Below, in pieces: positions 1-8,391 of a stretch of DNA of 64,000 nucleotides. Numbering within the stretch: position 1 is the first letter of the stretch; the number at the start of each line of letters is the position of its first letter. The stretch is from IMG/VR virus record IMGVR_UViG_3300009000_000003; one strand, written 5' to 3'. Made by a program: the position numbers and the translations under genes. The stretch is from a virus. A model generated the notes under the pieces. The model saw nothing but the letters and a program-made list of their open reading frames with translations. It was not told the origin of the DNA and did no database searches.

Positions 1-635
1 AAATAAGATTGAGCTAAATAAAATTGAGATCTAGTATCAGTTGGATTTCTAATTAATTCATCTTTTAAAAGCTTAGCATCATGTAAGTATTTTTCTTTTA
101 AAGATCTACCTTTAGATTTGCCGCCTTGATTAACATGTGAAAAAATATAAGTTTCTTGTTTATTTAAATTATAAACAGAATATTGTTTTTGTGCTGTTAA
201 ATAATTGTGAACCGGTGCATTCCAGCGCCAACCTAAATTATTGTAATCTTTAATATTAATTAAAAAAGGTACAGAATATTCTAAATCAGCATATTTCTTA
301 ATAATATAGTAAGAATCATAAGTTAAATTATTAAAATTAAAATCATTAACAATTAATTCTTCATCAGCATCTATAGTTAAAAAATAATCTGCTTTGCCAA
401 CAGCTAAAGTTAAAGCTTGTTGTCGATTATAACCGAAATTGACCCACTCACGTTCATAAATTTCGCCGGGTATTTTTAATTTACTAGTAACAGATTTAAT
501 TTTATCAACAGTATCATCTTCACTACCAGTATCTACTATTAGATAATAATCTATTACACTCTTTAAACTATTAAATAATCTTTCAATATTAGAAGATTCG
601 TTTTTTACTATCATATTTAAACAAATTTTGTGCAT
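1..635 (-). CDS. Glycosyltransferase family 2 protein (partial, runs off the window start)
   Basis: Manual translation from ATG at 635: MHKICLNMIVKNESSNIERLF...IVDTGSEDDT...WVNFGYNRQQAL...LTIDADE. This has the GT-A/GT2 signatures including a DxD motif. Absent from the ORF track because there is no stop in the window. Confidence 0.85.
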   Translation of the reverse strand, partial: MHKICLNMIVKNESSNIERLFNSLKSVIDYYLIVDTGSEDDTVDKIKSVTSKLKIPGEIYEREWVNFGYNRQQALTLAVGKADYFLTIDADEELIVNDFNFNNLTYDSYYIIKKYADLEYSVPFLINIKDYNNLGWRWNAPVHNYLTAQKQYSVYNLNKQETYIFSHVNQGGKSKGRSLKEKYLHDAKLLKDELIRNPTDTRSQFYLAQSY

Positions 636-734
636 ATTTTTTCTTTCTTATTTATAATTTTGAATTAAATCGTATACAAATCTTAAAGCTTGCTGTTGAT
701 CTAAAGTATAAATATTATAATGAGCCAAATTATA

Positions 735-926
735 TTATAGATCTAATTCAAGCTGATAAATTATATTTGAAAAAGCTTCTTCTGGAGAAAACATTTCTAA
801 ATATTCAAAAGACAATTTAAATTCTTGTTTAAAAGTTTTTAAATCTGTCATTAAATCATTAGAGATAGTCTCAATTACATTAATTACTTGACTCTCTAAT
901 AAGTCATAAAAATCGTCATCACTCAT
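735..926 (-). CDS. Small acidic hypothetical protein
   Basis: ORF track; part of a tightly packed minus-strand run. Confidence 0.55.
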   Translation of the reverse strand: MSDDDFYDLLESQVINVIETISNDLMTDLKTFKQEFKLSFEYLEMFSPEEAFSNIIYQLELDL

Positions 927-1125
927 GATTTGAAATCTTATCTAATTTTTCGCCAAGCTCATTTAATAAATTAAGATATTGCTCATATTTATTTAAATAA
1001 ATATCTGGGATTTGGCTAGAACCTTTTCCCATTAAATCAATTTGAGCTAAAGCGTGGTTAATACGTAACATTTGATCCAATAACTGGACTTGCTCAGGTG
1101 TACTGTAGTGCTTCAGGTGTTTCAT
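919..1125 (-). CDS. Hypothetical protein
   Basis: ORF track; overlaps its neighbours in operon-like fashion. Confidence 0.55.
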   Translation of the reverse strand: MKHLKHYSTPEQVQLLDQMLRINHALAQIDLMGKGSSQIPDIYLNKYEQYLNLLNELGEKLDKISNHE

Positions 1126-1426
1126 TTGGAATTAATCTCGAAATTTCTAGATGTGCTCTAGCTAAAGAAATGTTGTGATAAATCTCTAAATCTTTACCTA
1201 AGCGGCTGTGATAACCTACATAAGGTAAAGGTGAGTCTTGATAAAAAAAGCATAAATCAATATTCCTACTATTATTAATATTATAATGAGAAGGAAATGA
1301 TTTAGTAGTAATTAAAGCGCGTATATCATTTGGTAAAAATAAATTAATAGCCAAGCTATTCATATTATAAATACGCACAGTAAAAGGTGCTCTTACAGAT
1401 AAATCACATAAACTAAATAATAACAT
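1094..1426 (-). CDS. Hypothetical protein
   Basis: ORF 1094..1459; start moved to the ATG at 1426, which abuts the upstream stop. Confidence 0.5.
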   Translation of the reverse strand: MLLFSLCDLSVRAPFTVRIYNMNSLAINLFLPNDIRALITTKSFPSHYNINNSRNIDLCFFYQDSPLPYVGYHSRLGKDLEIYHNISLARAHLEISRLIPNETPEALQYT

Positions 1427-1428
1427 AA

Positions 1429-1692
1429 TCAAATACTTTCGTAAGGTAATTCCTTCCAACCCTCTGTTAAATAGAGTATTGGGCCGTACATTTTACAAGG
1501 AAGAATATTCTCTAAAGCTAAATGCTTGTTTTCAACGGCGCCTTTAATTAACGCCTCTTCATCATAAGCATAATAACCATCTTTTAAAGATAATACTCCT
1601 GCATAACCATTAATATGCTTTTGTATATCTTGAAAAGAATTAATTTCTACTACATTAGTAGAACCTTCAACATCATACAAAATAGCAAGCAT
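1429..1692 (-). CDS. Small phage protein, DUF3846-like
   Basis: Pattern IQKHINGY...YAYDEEALIK...N...GPIL resembles the DUF3846 family (recognised by eye). Confidence 0.55.
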   Translation of the reverse strand: MLAILYDVEGSTNVVEINSFQDIQKHINGYAGVLSLKDGYYAYDEEALIKGAVENKHLALENILPCKMYGPILYLTEGWKELPYESI

Positions 1693-1703
1693 ACTTAATA
1701 ACC

Positions 1704-1895
1704 TTAATTCGCGGCGCCAATATTATTTTTTCTTTTAACGATACTATTAATAATATCAAAACAATCTATTACTTCTTCTCTATCTACTTTTCTTACATCT
1801 AAAACAACATTATTCTCTAATAAACTTAATAAAATAATCTTATTACTAAGACTATTAACATTATTAAAAGCTTTAAGCCATAAATCAAAAGTCAT
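1704..1895 (-). CDS. Hypothetical protein
   Basis: ORF track, ATG start. Confidence 0.5.
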   Translation of the reverse strand: MTFDLWLKAFNNVNSLSNKIILLSLLENNVVLDVRKVDREEVIDCFDIINSIVKRKNNIGAAN

Positions 1896-2129
1896 AAGTA
1901 CCTACTTGGGGATAAAGGGGGGTTAAAAAGTACCCTTGTATTATTTTTATGCTTTACGCAACAAAAAAGCGCCGTAAAAGGCGCTTAAAAGGAAACTTTT
2001 TGAGGAAATTTGGGGAGCAAAGCCAAAAAGGATTACGTAATAAGGATTGCACTGTAAGGGTGCAGGTCTCCTTACATATTCCCTCTTTATTCAAAAGGTT
2101 AAAATGAGTTTAAAGAGCTATAAATAGGT

Positions 2130-2164
2130 CCCCCTGGCGGGGGACTAATGCCCCCTGGCGGGGG
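2130..2164. repeat. Tandem pair of identical GC hairpins CCCCC-TGGC-GGGGG
   Basis: ccccctggcggggg at 2130-2143 and 2151-2164, inside the 1900-2440 non-coding gap. Confidence 0.8.
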
Positions 2165-2445
2165 CCACTAATTCAGACTACTACAAGAAAAAGTATATTT
2201 CAACTTTTCTTGCAAATAAATTAAAATAACTTACAAGTAACCGTAATTACTGAAGATTATCTTAATTTAAAGTAGCCGAATCACCACTCTAGGCAAAGGT
2301 TTTAAGTTTTTTCTTTACCTTTAAGGCGCGGAAGAACAAAAGTGCGATTAGAGCTCTTAACAATTACTTTTCTAGGGGGTAAACACTTTTCTGTTTTTCC
2401 CCGAAAGCGTGATTAAGAACCCTAACTACACTTTTTTAGCGCGCC

Positions 2446-2637
2446 TCAAATATCTTTCCAGTTTTCCAGATCCTTACCAATAACCTTACCAGTAAAGATT
2501 GTACCTGATATTAAACCAAACAAGATGCTTAGCTTTATTATATCAGGGGAGAGCAACGTATCTCCAAGACCTACACCTGTAATGGTGAAACTTAGTATCA
2601 ACGAATAGCCAATAAATAAGTTCCACCCTACCAGCAT
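2446..2637 (-). CDS. Small membrane protein (two hydrophobic helices)
   Basis: ORF track; TAATG coupling to the upstream gene. Confidence 0.6.
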   Translation of the reverse strand: MLVGWNLFIGYSLILSFTITGVGLGDTLLSPDIIKLSILFGLISGTIFTGKVIGKDLENWKDI

Positions 2638-3212
2638 TACTTGTGCTTAACCTCGTACAAGGTGCCAGTGTGGTCTTCGTTCTGGATAAAGACAGCATAC
2701 TTACTATAAGTTTTAATCAGATAGTAAGTGTCTCCATTGGAGCTAACTGTTGCTTTGAGGAAAATTTGATCTGCGGCTCTCTGACAAGCAAGAAAGCTTT
2801 TTGCCTCGATTGCAGAATAATCTCTGCCTTGAGCGCAATCAATTTTCTTTATCATTTCGTTCAAAGGAGTTGGCGGCATTTTTAGCTGCTCTCTGAGAGC
2901 AGTGCGCAGGCGATGGTTCACTCTTTGCTCCCAATTTTCCTCCTCGTAGACTGCATCGTCCTCATCCTCGCACTCACGCTTGAACGCAAGGATGTTCTCC
3001 TTGATGTTTTTTTTAGCCTGGTTGACTCTCCTCATGGGGAAGGTTTCAACGGCATTGACGACATTAATCAAAAATGTTGCAACATCAGGATAGCAGGAGA
3101 TGATCTCCTGTGCGTTGCGATAGGCGAGGTTGAGTACACGAAGTGTTTCCTCATTGGTTTGTGGGTCCGCAATCTCTTCAAGGACGCTGCGAATTGTGTC
3201 AAATTTACTCAT
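2637..3212 (-). CDS. Hypothetical protein
   Basis: ORF 2637..3233; ATG at 3212 preceded by AAAGGAG. Confidence 0.7.
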   Translation of the reverse strand: MSKFDTIRSVLEEIADPQTNEETLRVLNLAYRNAQEIISCYPDVATFLINVVNAVETFPMRRVNQAKKNIKENILAFKRECEDEDDAVYEEENWEQRVNHRLRTALREQLKMPPTPLNEMIKKIDCAQGRDYSAIEAKSFLACQRAADQIFLKATVSSNGDTYYLIKTYSKYAVFIQNEDHTGTLYEVKHK

Positions 3213-3436
3213 TGGTGTGCTCCTTTCGAGCATCTTGCTACATATTCTTTAATGTAGCGGGGAGAAGTAAGCCTGGTTAGCATGATTGGCCAGGCAAGGA
3301 AAGTAAGAAGTGCGGCCATAATAATGCCCCAAACTCTAGTTGAAGTTGGAGCGTTCGCTACGATGAACTCCCAAGCGATGATGCTTGAGAAAACAACTGT
3401 GATGAAGAAAGAGATCTCAATGTACGCCGCGAACAT
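3209..3436 (-). CDS. Small membrane protein
   Basis: Two hydrophobic segments; ATG at 3436 coupled to the upstream stop. Confidence 0.6.
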   Translation of the reverse strand: MFAAYIEISFFITVVFSSIIAWEFIVANAPTSTRVWGIIMAALLTFLAWPIMLTRLTSPRYIKEYVARCSKGAHQ

Positions 3437-3726
3437 TATTTGTTCTCCGGACATACAAGATTGTACTCTTTGGTAGTCTGAAGCCACTCCCGCTTATAGC
3501 GGTAGACTGACTCGTAACAATTATACTTATCATCAGCGTTCTCGATGTCAAAACAAAGGTCCTCTAAGAGGTTAATGCTTTTGGCATTTTCTCTTAGATC
3601 CTCCCACAACTGAGAACAAGAAGGAGCTGGTGTGGGCTTAGCATCAGTCACAGCGCTCATGACGAGTAAAACTGTAACCACTGCAATCAATGAGGGCATC
3701 AACCACTCAAAAAGAAAATCTCTCAT
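3436..3726 (-). CDS. Membrane-anchored or secreted Cys-containing protein
   Basis: N-terminal hydrophobic helix, four Cys, GAGG RBS. Confidence 0.6.
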   Translation of the reverse strand: MRDFLFEWLMPSLIAVVTVLLVMSAVTDAKPTPAPSCSQLWEDLRENAKSINLLEDLCFDIENADDKYNCYESVYRYKREWLQTTKEYNLVCPENK

Positions 3727-3791
3727 TTTTTACCTCGCAACCAAGTTGAGGAAGGAAATTATGATAAGCATTGCAAAGAATTTATCTTCAT

Positions 3792-4154
3792 TCATTGCTC
3801 AGTTTTATCCCATTGCTGCTTCATCGCAGTAGCAACGTCTTTGACTGTAGCATGATCTTGATCTTGCAATTCCTCAATAGTCTCAGAAACTTTGTTTCGA
3901 ATGTCTTGAGATACACTTTGAACAAGTCTGTGAAACTTATTGTAGAGCTCTACGTTCAACACACAGAGTGAAGCTAGCGCCACGAATGGCACTAAGAATA
4001 TGTAGAAGAAGTAGTAGATCAAATCAAGTATTGGTGTATACTTGATTATCAAGAACAAGATCATCAGAGACAAGAAAATGCGAGCCCAAGGACCAATCGC
4101 ATCCAAGTCCCGTAGTGCCTGTTGCGTTAAGGCGTCTCTCTTGTCCTCAGCCAT
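3792..4154 (-). CDS. Membrane protein with C-terminal coiled coil
   Basis: Two TM-like segments. Confidence 0.65.
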   Translation of the reverse strand: MAEDKRDALTQQALRDLDAIGPWARIFLSLMILFLIIKYTPILDLIYYFFYIFLVPFVALASLCVLNVELYNKFHRLVQSVSQDIRNKVSETIEELQDQDHATVKDVATAMKQQWDKTEQ

Positions 4155-4563
4155 TGTTCTTTAACCCGGCTAAGAAGTTTTGGACCTCCTCATAATTGGA
4201 AGTCCCAATGTAGAGATGCACTCCCCGGTAACCGTTCACTTCCACCCGAGCATCGTAACGTATGTTAGCAGGAACACAGTTCTCTAACGCTTCAGCAAGA
4301 CGCTGGAAGATAGTCTCGTGGTCGTTGCTGCGACACATATTGCCGTATGTGACCGTACAGGGGATGTACTCCCCCTTACGTAAAGAGATCTTCCAGATGG
4401 ACTTAGTCCACCTGTAAAGCTGAAGGTGGGCCCTGACATCGGGATGGATCGCATCCCAAGTCTGCTGCACGTGGGTTGGGACCTCAGGTGAGGTCGTTGT
4501 TGTGGTTGCGGGTGCAGGCCGAACTACCTCGGCCACAAAGTTGTTTGTGCTGTTGTCAGACAT
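4147..4563 (-). CDS. Hypothetical protein
   Basis: ATG with TAAGGAG RBS. Confidence 0.7.
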   Translation of the reverse strand: MSDNSTNNFVAEVVRPAPATTTTTSPEVPTHVQQTWDAIHPDVRAHLQLYRWTKSIWKISLRKGEYIPCTVTYGNMCRSNDHETIFQRLAEALENCVPANIRYDARVEVNGYRGVHLYIGTSNYEEVQNFLAGLKNNG

Positions 4564-4648
4564 CTCGTCTCCTTAAAAAAGCACGTGTTAGGTAATGGTT
4601 GGACAATACCTTTGAATTAATTTTTTACAAGCTTCCAACTAGCTTATG

Positions 4649-4771
4649 AACCAACAAGTCAACACGACTCATCAGGCAGGTTTCCCTGCTAACAACCATT
4701 TACATGGAAAGCTTCGATTACTCTAAGCTTTTACGTTTTCGACCCCGCCGTAACGGTAGGTCTTGCTGGTT
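4649..4771 (-). ncRNA. Hammerhead ribozyme candidate (permuted), copy A
   Basis: Minus strand reads GACC..GGUC-GAAA-AC..GU-UA/GCAGG-GAAA-CCUGC-CUGAUGA. CUGAUGA is at 4675-4669 and GAAA at 4740-4737. Predicted cut between 4690 and 4689. Outer stem AACCAGCAA/UUGUUGGUU. Confidence 0.72.
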
Positions 4772-4786
4772 AATAGATGAAAGCAG

Positions 4787-5101
4787 TCAAGACCACCATC
4801 TTGACTTTTGTGGCACTGGTTTCTCCAACCAGTGCCGATCATCAATCGGCCACCATTCTGTTATTGGTTGGCGGCCTCCAACTAGTTCAGTTGAGCCTGC
4901 TATTGAGCTTTCAAGATGACTAAAGAAAACCACTTTAATGACTTCAAGCTTGCCGTCGACAAGCTTTGAAACCACTTCATGGTCATTGCTGATTTTTACC
5001 ACGTCGATAAGCTCCCCTTCTTTAATCCCTGTCTCACAGACAGGGCAGTCGGGGTGTTTTAGTTCGTCGTGAGTCGAGCAATAGTTTTTTTTTGCCATCA
5101 T
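4787..5101 (-). CDS. Hypothetical protein with CxxH..CxxC putative Zn site
   Basis: CSTH...CPVC near the N-terminus. Confidence 0.6.
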   Translation of the reverse strand: MMAKKNYCSTHDELKHPDCPVCETGIKEGELIDVVKISNDHEVVSKLVDGKLEVIKVVFFSHLESSIAGSTELVGGRQPITEWWPIDDRHWLEKPVPQKSRWWS

Positions 5102-5160
5102 CTTTTGCCTTTTAAATAGCAGACTTGCTGGTTAACTTGTTTTAACGGCCACGGTTACCT

Positions 5161-5203
5161 TGCTAACAACCATCCGCCGTAACGGTAGGTCTTGCTGGTC
5201 AAT
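5161..5203 (-). repeat. Partial duplicate of the copy-A ribozyme
   Basis: ccgccgtaacggtaggtcttgctggt is identical at 4745-4770 and 5174-5199; tgctaacaaccat at 4687-4699 and 5161-5173. Confidence 0.85.
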
Positions 5204-5204
5204 A

Positions 5205-5531
5205 TTATCGTCGCAGGCCCTTACAGCCTACGGGTTTTCCATTGTCGTCTCGGACAAGCTCCCCAGGTGAAGTGACGTCATAGCGAGTGCCTTGAAGGGC
5301 ACTCACGATGAGCCCTGACGTAATATAAATCACGTCATTCTGAGGTGCAGGGAGACCTTCGATCTCCCCATATGTTGCGGTGTAGATGTCAATGCCATCT
5401 ACGGTGCTATCGAGGTTGAAGGACGTAGCCACTCGGGCTACATCTCCCGATGGAGGGACGGAGATCACGCCGCTTTCCGCAGTGTGAATGTTGATGGTGT
5501 GAGGGGTAAGGTTGACAAAGTTTGTAGTCAT
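5205..5531 (-). CDS. Conserved phage hypothetical protein
   Basis: NLTPH..I...PPSG.VARV...GLP.P...SPG.LVRD..G.PVGC pattern recurs in phage proteins; AAGGAG RBS. Confidence 0.75.
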   Translation of the reverse strand: MTTNFVNLTPHTINIHTAESGVISVPPSGDVARVATSFNLDSTVDGIDIYTATYGEIEGLPAPQNDVIYITSGLIVSALQGTRYDVTSPGELVRDDNGKPVGCKGLRR

Positions 5532-5555
5532 GACGGCTCCTTTTTATTTTTTAAT

Positions 5556-5960
5556 CTACTGATAGATCACTTTCGTGACGCTATCAGTTTTGGCGGTGTT
5601 GGCCTTAAGGGCTGCTTTGCCTTCTTCTGTCGTTAGCCAACGACGCAGGATGGTCTCGCAATGGACTGCCTTAGCGCGGTCCAGTACGAGAATTTGGTGG
5701 TCGTCAGTTCCACTTTCCTCGTTAAGAGGAGTGAAGCTGACAACCAGCCCATTGGAGGCGATTGCCTCCAGCCTCCTCCTGACTGGGTTATGCACCCAGT
5801 CTAGGTAGAAAAATGGGTCTTCCCCTTCAAGGGGAGACCAGTCGCAAACTAAGATGGACTGGTGCCTGAGCACCAGTCCTGCTTGACCACCAACGTTATT
5901 TACGAGGTGGGAGTAGAGCGCCATAGCTGGCACCCAGTTGGGGATGTTGTGGGTGTTCAT
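5556..5960 (-). CDS. Hypothetical protein
   Basis: ATG with AAGGA RBS, coupled to the upstream gene. Confidence 0.7.
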   Translation of the reverse strand: MNTHNIPNWVPAMALYSHLVNNVGGQAGLVLRHQSILVCDWSPLEGEDPFFYLDWVHNPVRRRLEAIASNGLVVSFTPLNEESGTDDHQILVLDRAKAVHCETILRRWLTTEEGKAALKANTAKTDSVTKVIYQ

Positions 5961-5961
5961 T

Positions 5962-6201
5962 TTATTCCTTCTTGAGGATGAGGCTCAAGGCCTCTAACAA
6001 GGAGACGTACTCGACGTCTCTCTGCTGGATGAGGTGTTCGGGATCAAACACCTCTACTTCTCCGACATTAGACATGTTGAAGAGAAAAGAGATTGACCCT
6101 TGACCCACACGAATGGAGAGAGCATATTTGCCTTTCTCTACTTCGCATAGGTTTGAGGCCCCGAGCTCTTTTTGGAGCTCAAGGAGGATGGAGGAGATCA
6201 T
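5962..6201 (-). CDS. Hypothetical protein
   Basis: ORF 5962..6243; ATG at 6201 with AAGGAG RBS and ATGA overlap. Confidence 0.65.
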   Translation of the reverse strand: MISSILLELQKELGASNLCEVEKGKYALSIRVGQGSISFLFNMSNVGEVEVFDPEHLIQQRDVEYVSLLEALSLILKKE

Positions 6202-6701
6202 TTGATCTCCTTCGGGCTGAACGCCAAAGCGTTCTTTGACCACTCCCCCGAAGGGTCGTCATCAAACTTTGGCATGGATGGCCCGGAATGGACCGTCCAG
6301 ACCGTACCTCCGAAACAAATAACTGTTCCGGACTTAGTGCTGCGGAAGGGCTCATTCCGGACCACGATAGGCTGCGGAGGTCTCCCCTCCCCTCGAGAGA
6401 AGAGGGTGCGGGGCTCGGAGGATAAATCCTCTGAGCCCGTTTTGGGCCCCCAGAGGCGGGTGACCGCCTCACCTGCGAGGGGGTACTCATGCACCCCATC
6501 TGGGCAACCTTTGGCTGCCCACTGGTTGAGGAGGCTCCGAAGAGCTTCCTCGTTGAACTCGTCACAGTGCGTGACGAAGTGTCTGCTGCCCTCAGGGGGC
6601 AGGTTGATGTTGTGCTCAGCAAAGAAGCTGAGCAAGAAGGCCTCGTTAGCCGAGGCCATGTTTTTAAAAGGAGCCATTGCGGTTCCCTTTTCTCCCAACA
6701 A
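6198..6701 (-). CDS. Hypothetical protein
   Basis: ORF track; true start is probably a downstream ATG (MAPF or MASANE). Confidence 0.65.
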   Translation of the reverse strand: MLGEKGTAMAPFKNMASANEAFLLSFFAEHNINLPPEGSRHFVTHCDEFNEEALRSLLNQWAAKGCPDGVHEYPLAGEAVTRLWGPKTGSEDLSSEPRTLFSRGEGRPPQPIVVRNEPFRSTKSGTVICFGGTVWTVHSGPSMPKFDDDPSGEWSKNALAFSPKEIK

Positions 6702-6723
6702 GGGGTTTTGGGTTAATTGAAAG

Positions 6724-6797
6724 TGGGCCCTCTGGGGATTGAACCCAGGATCTCCGGTTTATGAGACCGGTGCCTTAACCAACTTGGCTAAAGGCCC
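6724..6797 (-). tRNA. tRNA-Ile2 (CAU; Met cannot be excluded)
   Basis: GGGCCUUUAGCCAAGUUGGUUAAGGC-ACCGGUCU-CAU-AAACCGG...GGUUCAAUCC..AGGGCCCA; acceptor stem resembles Ile2; no encoded CCA. Confidence 0.88.
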
Positions 6798-6808
6798 AAA
6801 TGTGAGAA

Positions 6809-6881
6809 TGGGTTGTCTGGGGCTCGAACCCAGGACCTACGGATTAAAAGTCCGCTGCTCTACCGACTGAGCTAACAACCC
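6809..6881 (-). tRNA. tRNA-Lys (UUU)
   Basis: GGGUUGUUAGCUCAGUCGGUAGAGCAGCGGACU-UUU-AAUCCG...GGUUCGAGCC..ACAACCCA. Confidence 0.95.
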
Positions 6882-6886
6882 AAAAA

Positions 6887-6960
<74 letters not shown>

Positions 6961-7096
6961 ATAAGCGCCCATTATTACGTCCGGAGCCAGACGCCTCTTT
7001 ACTATGCCACAACTTACACCACACATAGCAAAGAGAAGTTCCTCTCCTCCCGAAAGGAGTAAAAAGAGGAGAGGAGGGTGCTCCCCAACACCCGAG

Positions 7097-7178
7097 TACC
7101 GTCAGCCGGGATCGAACCGGCACACCCGAAGGCGGGAGATTTTAAGTCTCCTGTGTCTACCTATTCCACCATGACGGC
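7097..7178 (-). tRNA. tRNA-Leu (UAA)
   Basis: GCCGUCAUGGUGGAAUAGGUAGACACAGGAGACU-UAA-AAUCUCC, long variable arm, GGUUCGAUCC..UGACGGUA. Confidence 0.95.
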
Positions 7179-7216
7179 ATGGTGCTCCTGGTTAGGAGTG
7201 GGAGGGGGGCCAGAGG

Positions 7217-7411
7217 TTAATATATTTCCTCTGGCTCAAGGAATTTTTCTATCTCCCTAATGATAAAGGGGGCGATAAGAATGAATGTGATGATCCCCAA
7301 TAAAGGGGACCACATGGCTAGCTTGATCCAAGCGGCAAAAGCCGCGAGGGTCGTAAAGGCCGCTAATAGGACGAAGGTCACAAACGCGACCTCTTTGAGA
7401 TATCTTTGCAC
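7217..7411 (-). CDS. Small two-helix membrane protein
   Basis: GTG start with AAAGGAG RBS; hydrophobic. Confidence 0.65.
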   Translation of the reverse strand: MQRYLKEVAFVTFVLLAAFTTLAAFAAWIKLAMWSPLLGIITFILIAPFIIREIEKFLEPEEIY

Positions 7412-7460
7412 GAGTTACTCCTTTCGTGCAAGTAGGGGTAAGGTGGGGGAAGAGCCAGAA

Positions 7461-7580
7461 TTACTCTGACTCCTCCCAATCGAGGAGGCAGTTGTTGCAC
7501 TGCGCTCCCCAGACAATGGAGTTGAACGTGCGGCGGATGATCCAGAACCGCACGTTCAGACTGTGGCATTGTGGGCACAT
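7461..7580 (-). CDS. Small zinc-ribbon protein
   Basis: MCPQC...QCNNC; ATG at 7580 with GAGAGGA RBS. Confidence 0.6.
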   Translation of the reverse strand: MCPQCHSLNVRFWIIRRTFNSIVWGAQCNNCLLDWEESE

Positions 7581-7663
7581 AGTATTTCCTCTCATGTGCG
7601 ATAGAGGGTGTTGTAGACTGTTCAGCACATCAATTAATGATGCCCGCACTCACCATGGACGTC

Positions 7664-8391
7664 GAGGTCCTGGGGGAGGTCTGTCGAGTGCTTAGATTCC
7701 CTATTAAAACTCTTACAAGCTGCGGAGGCTTTTACTTACCCGGGATCCGCATTCTCCTAAATTACTTTAGAAGTTTCTGCCTTTTACGGCTTTGGTCATG
7801 TTGTAGACCACGGCTGCATTTCAGCTTTGCCGTTCTCCCTTGCCGCTTTTTCAGGCAATGATCTCGTCCCCCAACGCTCCTCTTGACATTTATAAAGGGA
7901 TTTCCTGTCAAGATTACTCTTTCGAGAGAGCGCAAGTTCCAACTCTTGCTATCAATCTAGGTGCTTTACGCACAACCTTTGAAAGGCGATTGACATTGCC
8001 CGTCCCCAACCTCGTGGAGGTGGTCCGTATCTGGGGACTTAGTGGTGCGGACCGGAAGGTTGCAATAGGGATAAAATCCTTATTACCCCTGGCTTCCCCT
8101 GGTACCACACCGGTGTGCAGTGCTCACTATAAAGACCAACTCCCACTGCACTTTGGGTTGGTCGGAGAGGGTGGTTGAAAAGTACTAGGCTGGGCTGATG
8201 CCCATTTAAACTGACCTAATATTTCCAACCCCCCTATAGAGAGATCGCTCTCTCCCATAAAAACATTATCTGCAATGCTTTTATGTTTTTGCTACTACAC
8301 TACAGAATAATCTGCAATGAGTAGCTTTGGTGCGGACGAGGTCTATTCCTCTTACGTCTTCCGACAGCCCGCAGCTCACCCCCAAGACCTC
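7664..8391 (-). ncRNA. Large (about 730 nt) highly structured, pseudoknotted non-coding RNA candidate
   Basis: A 13-bp terminal helix (8379-8391 with 7664-7676), three further long-range helices, two internal H-type pseudoknots and many local hairpins; no credible ORF. Confidence 0.72.

Noticed and set aside
7637-8178. Short ORFs 7637..7861, 7840..8178 and 7914..8108
   Set aside because: Non-ATG or weak starts and no protein features; the extensive pairing is better explained by an ncRNA
7664-8391. Calling the large RNA tmRNA or RNase P RNA
   Set aside because: No tRNA-like acceptor/T-arm ends, and no GAGGAAAGUCC or ACAGAA..CGGCUUA consensus; only the topology is reminiscent
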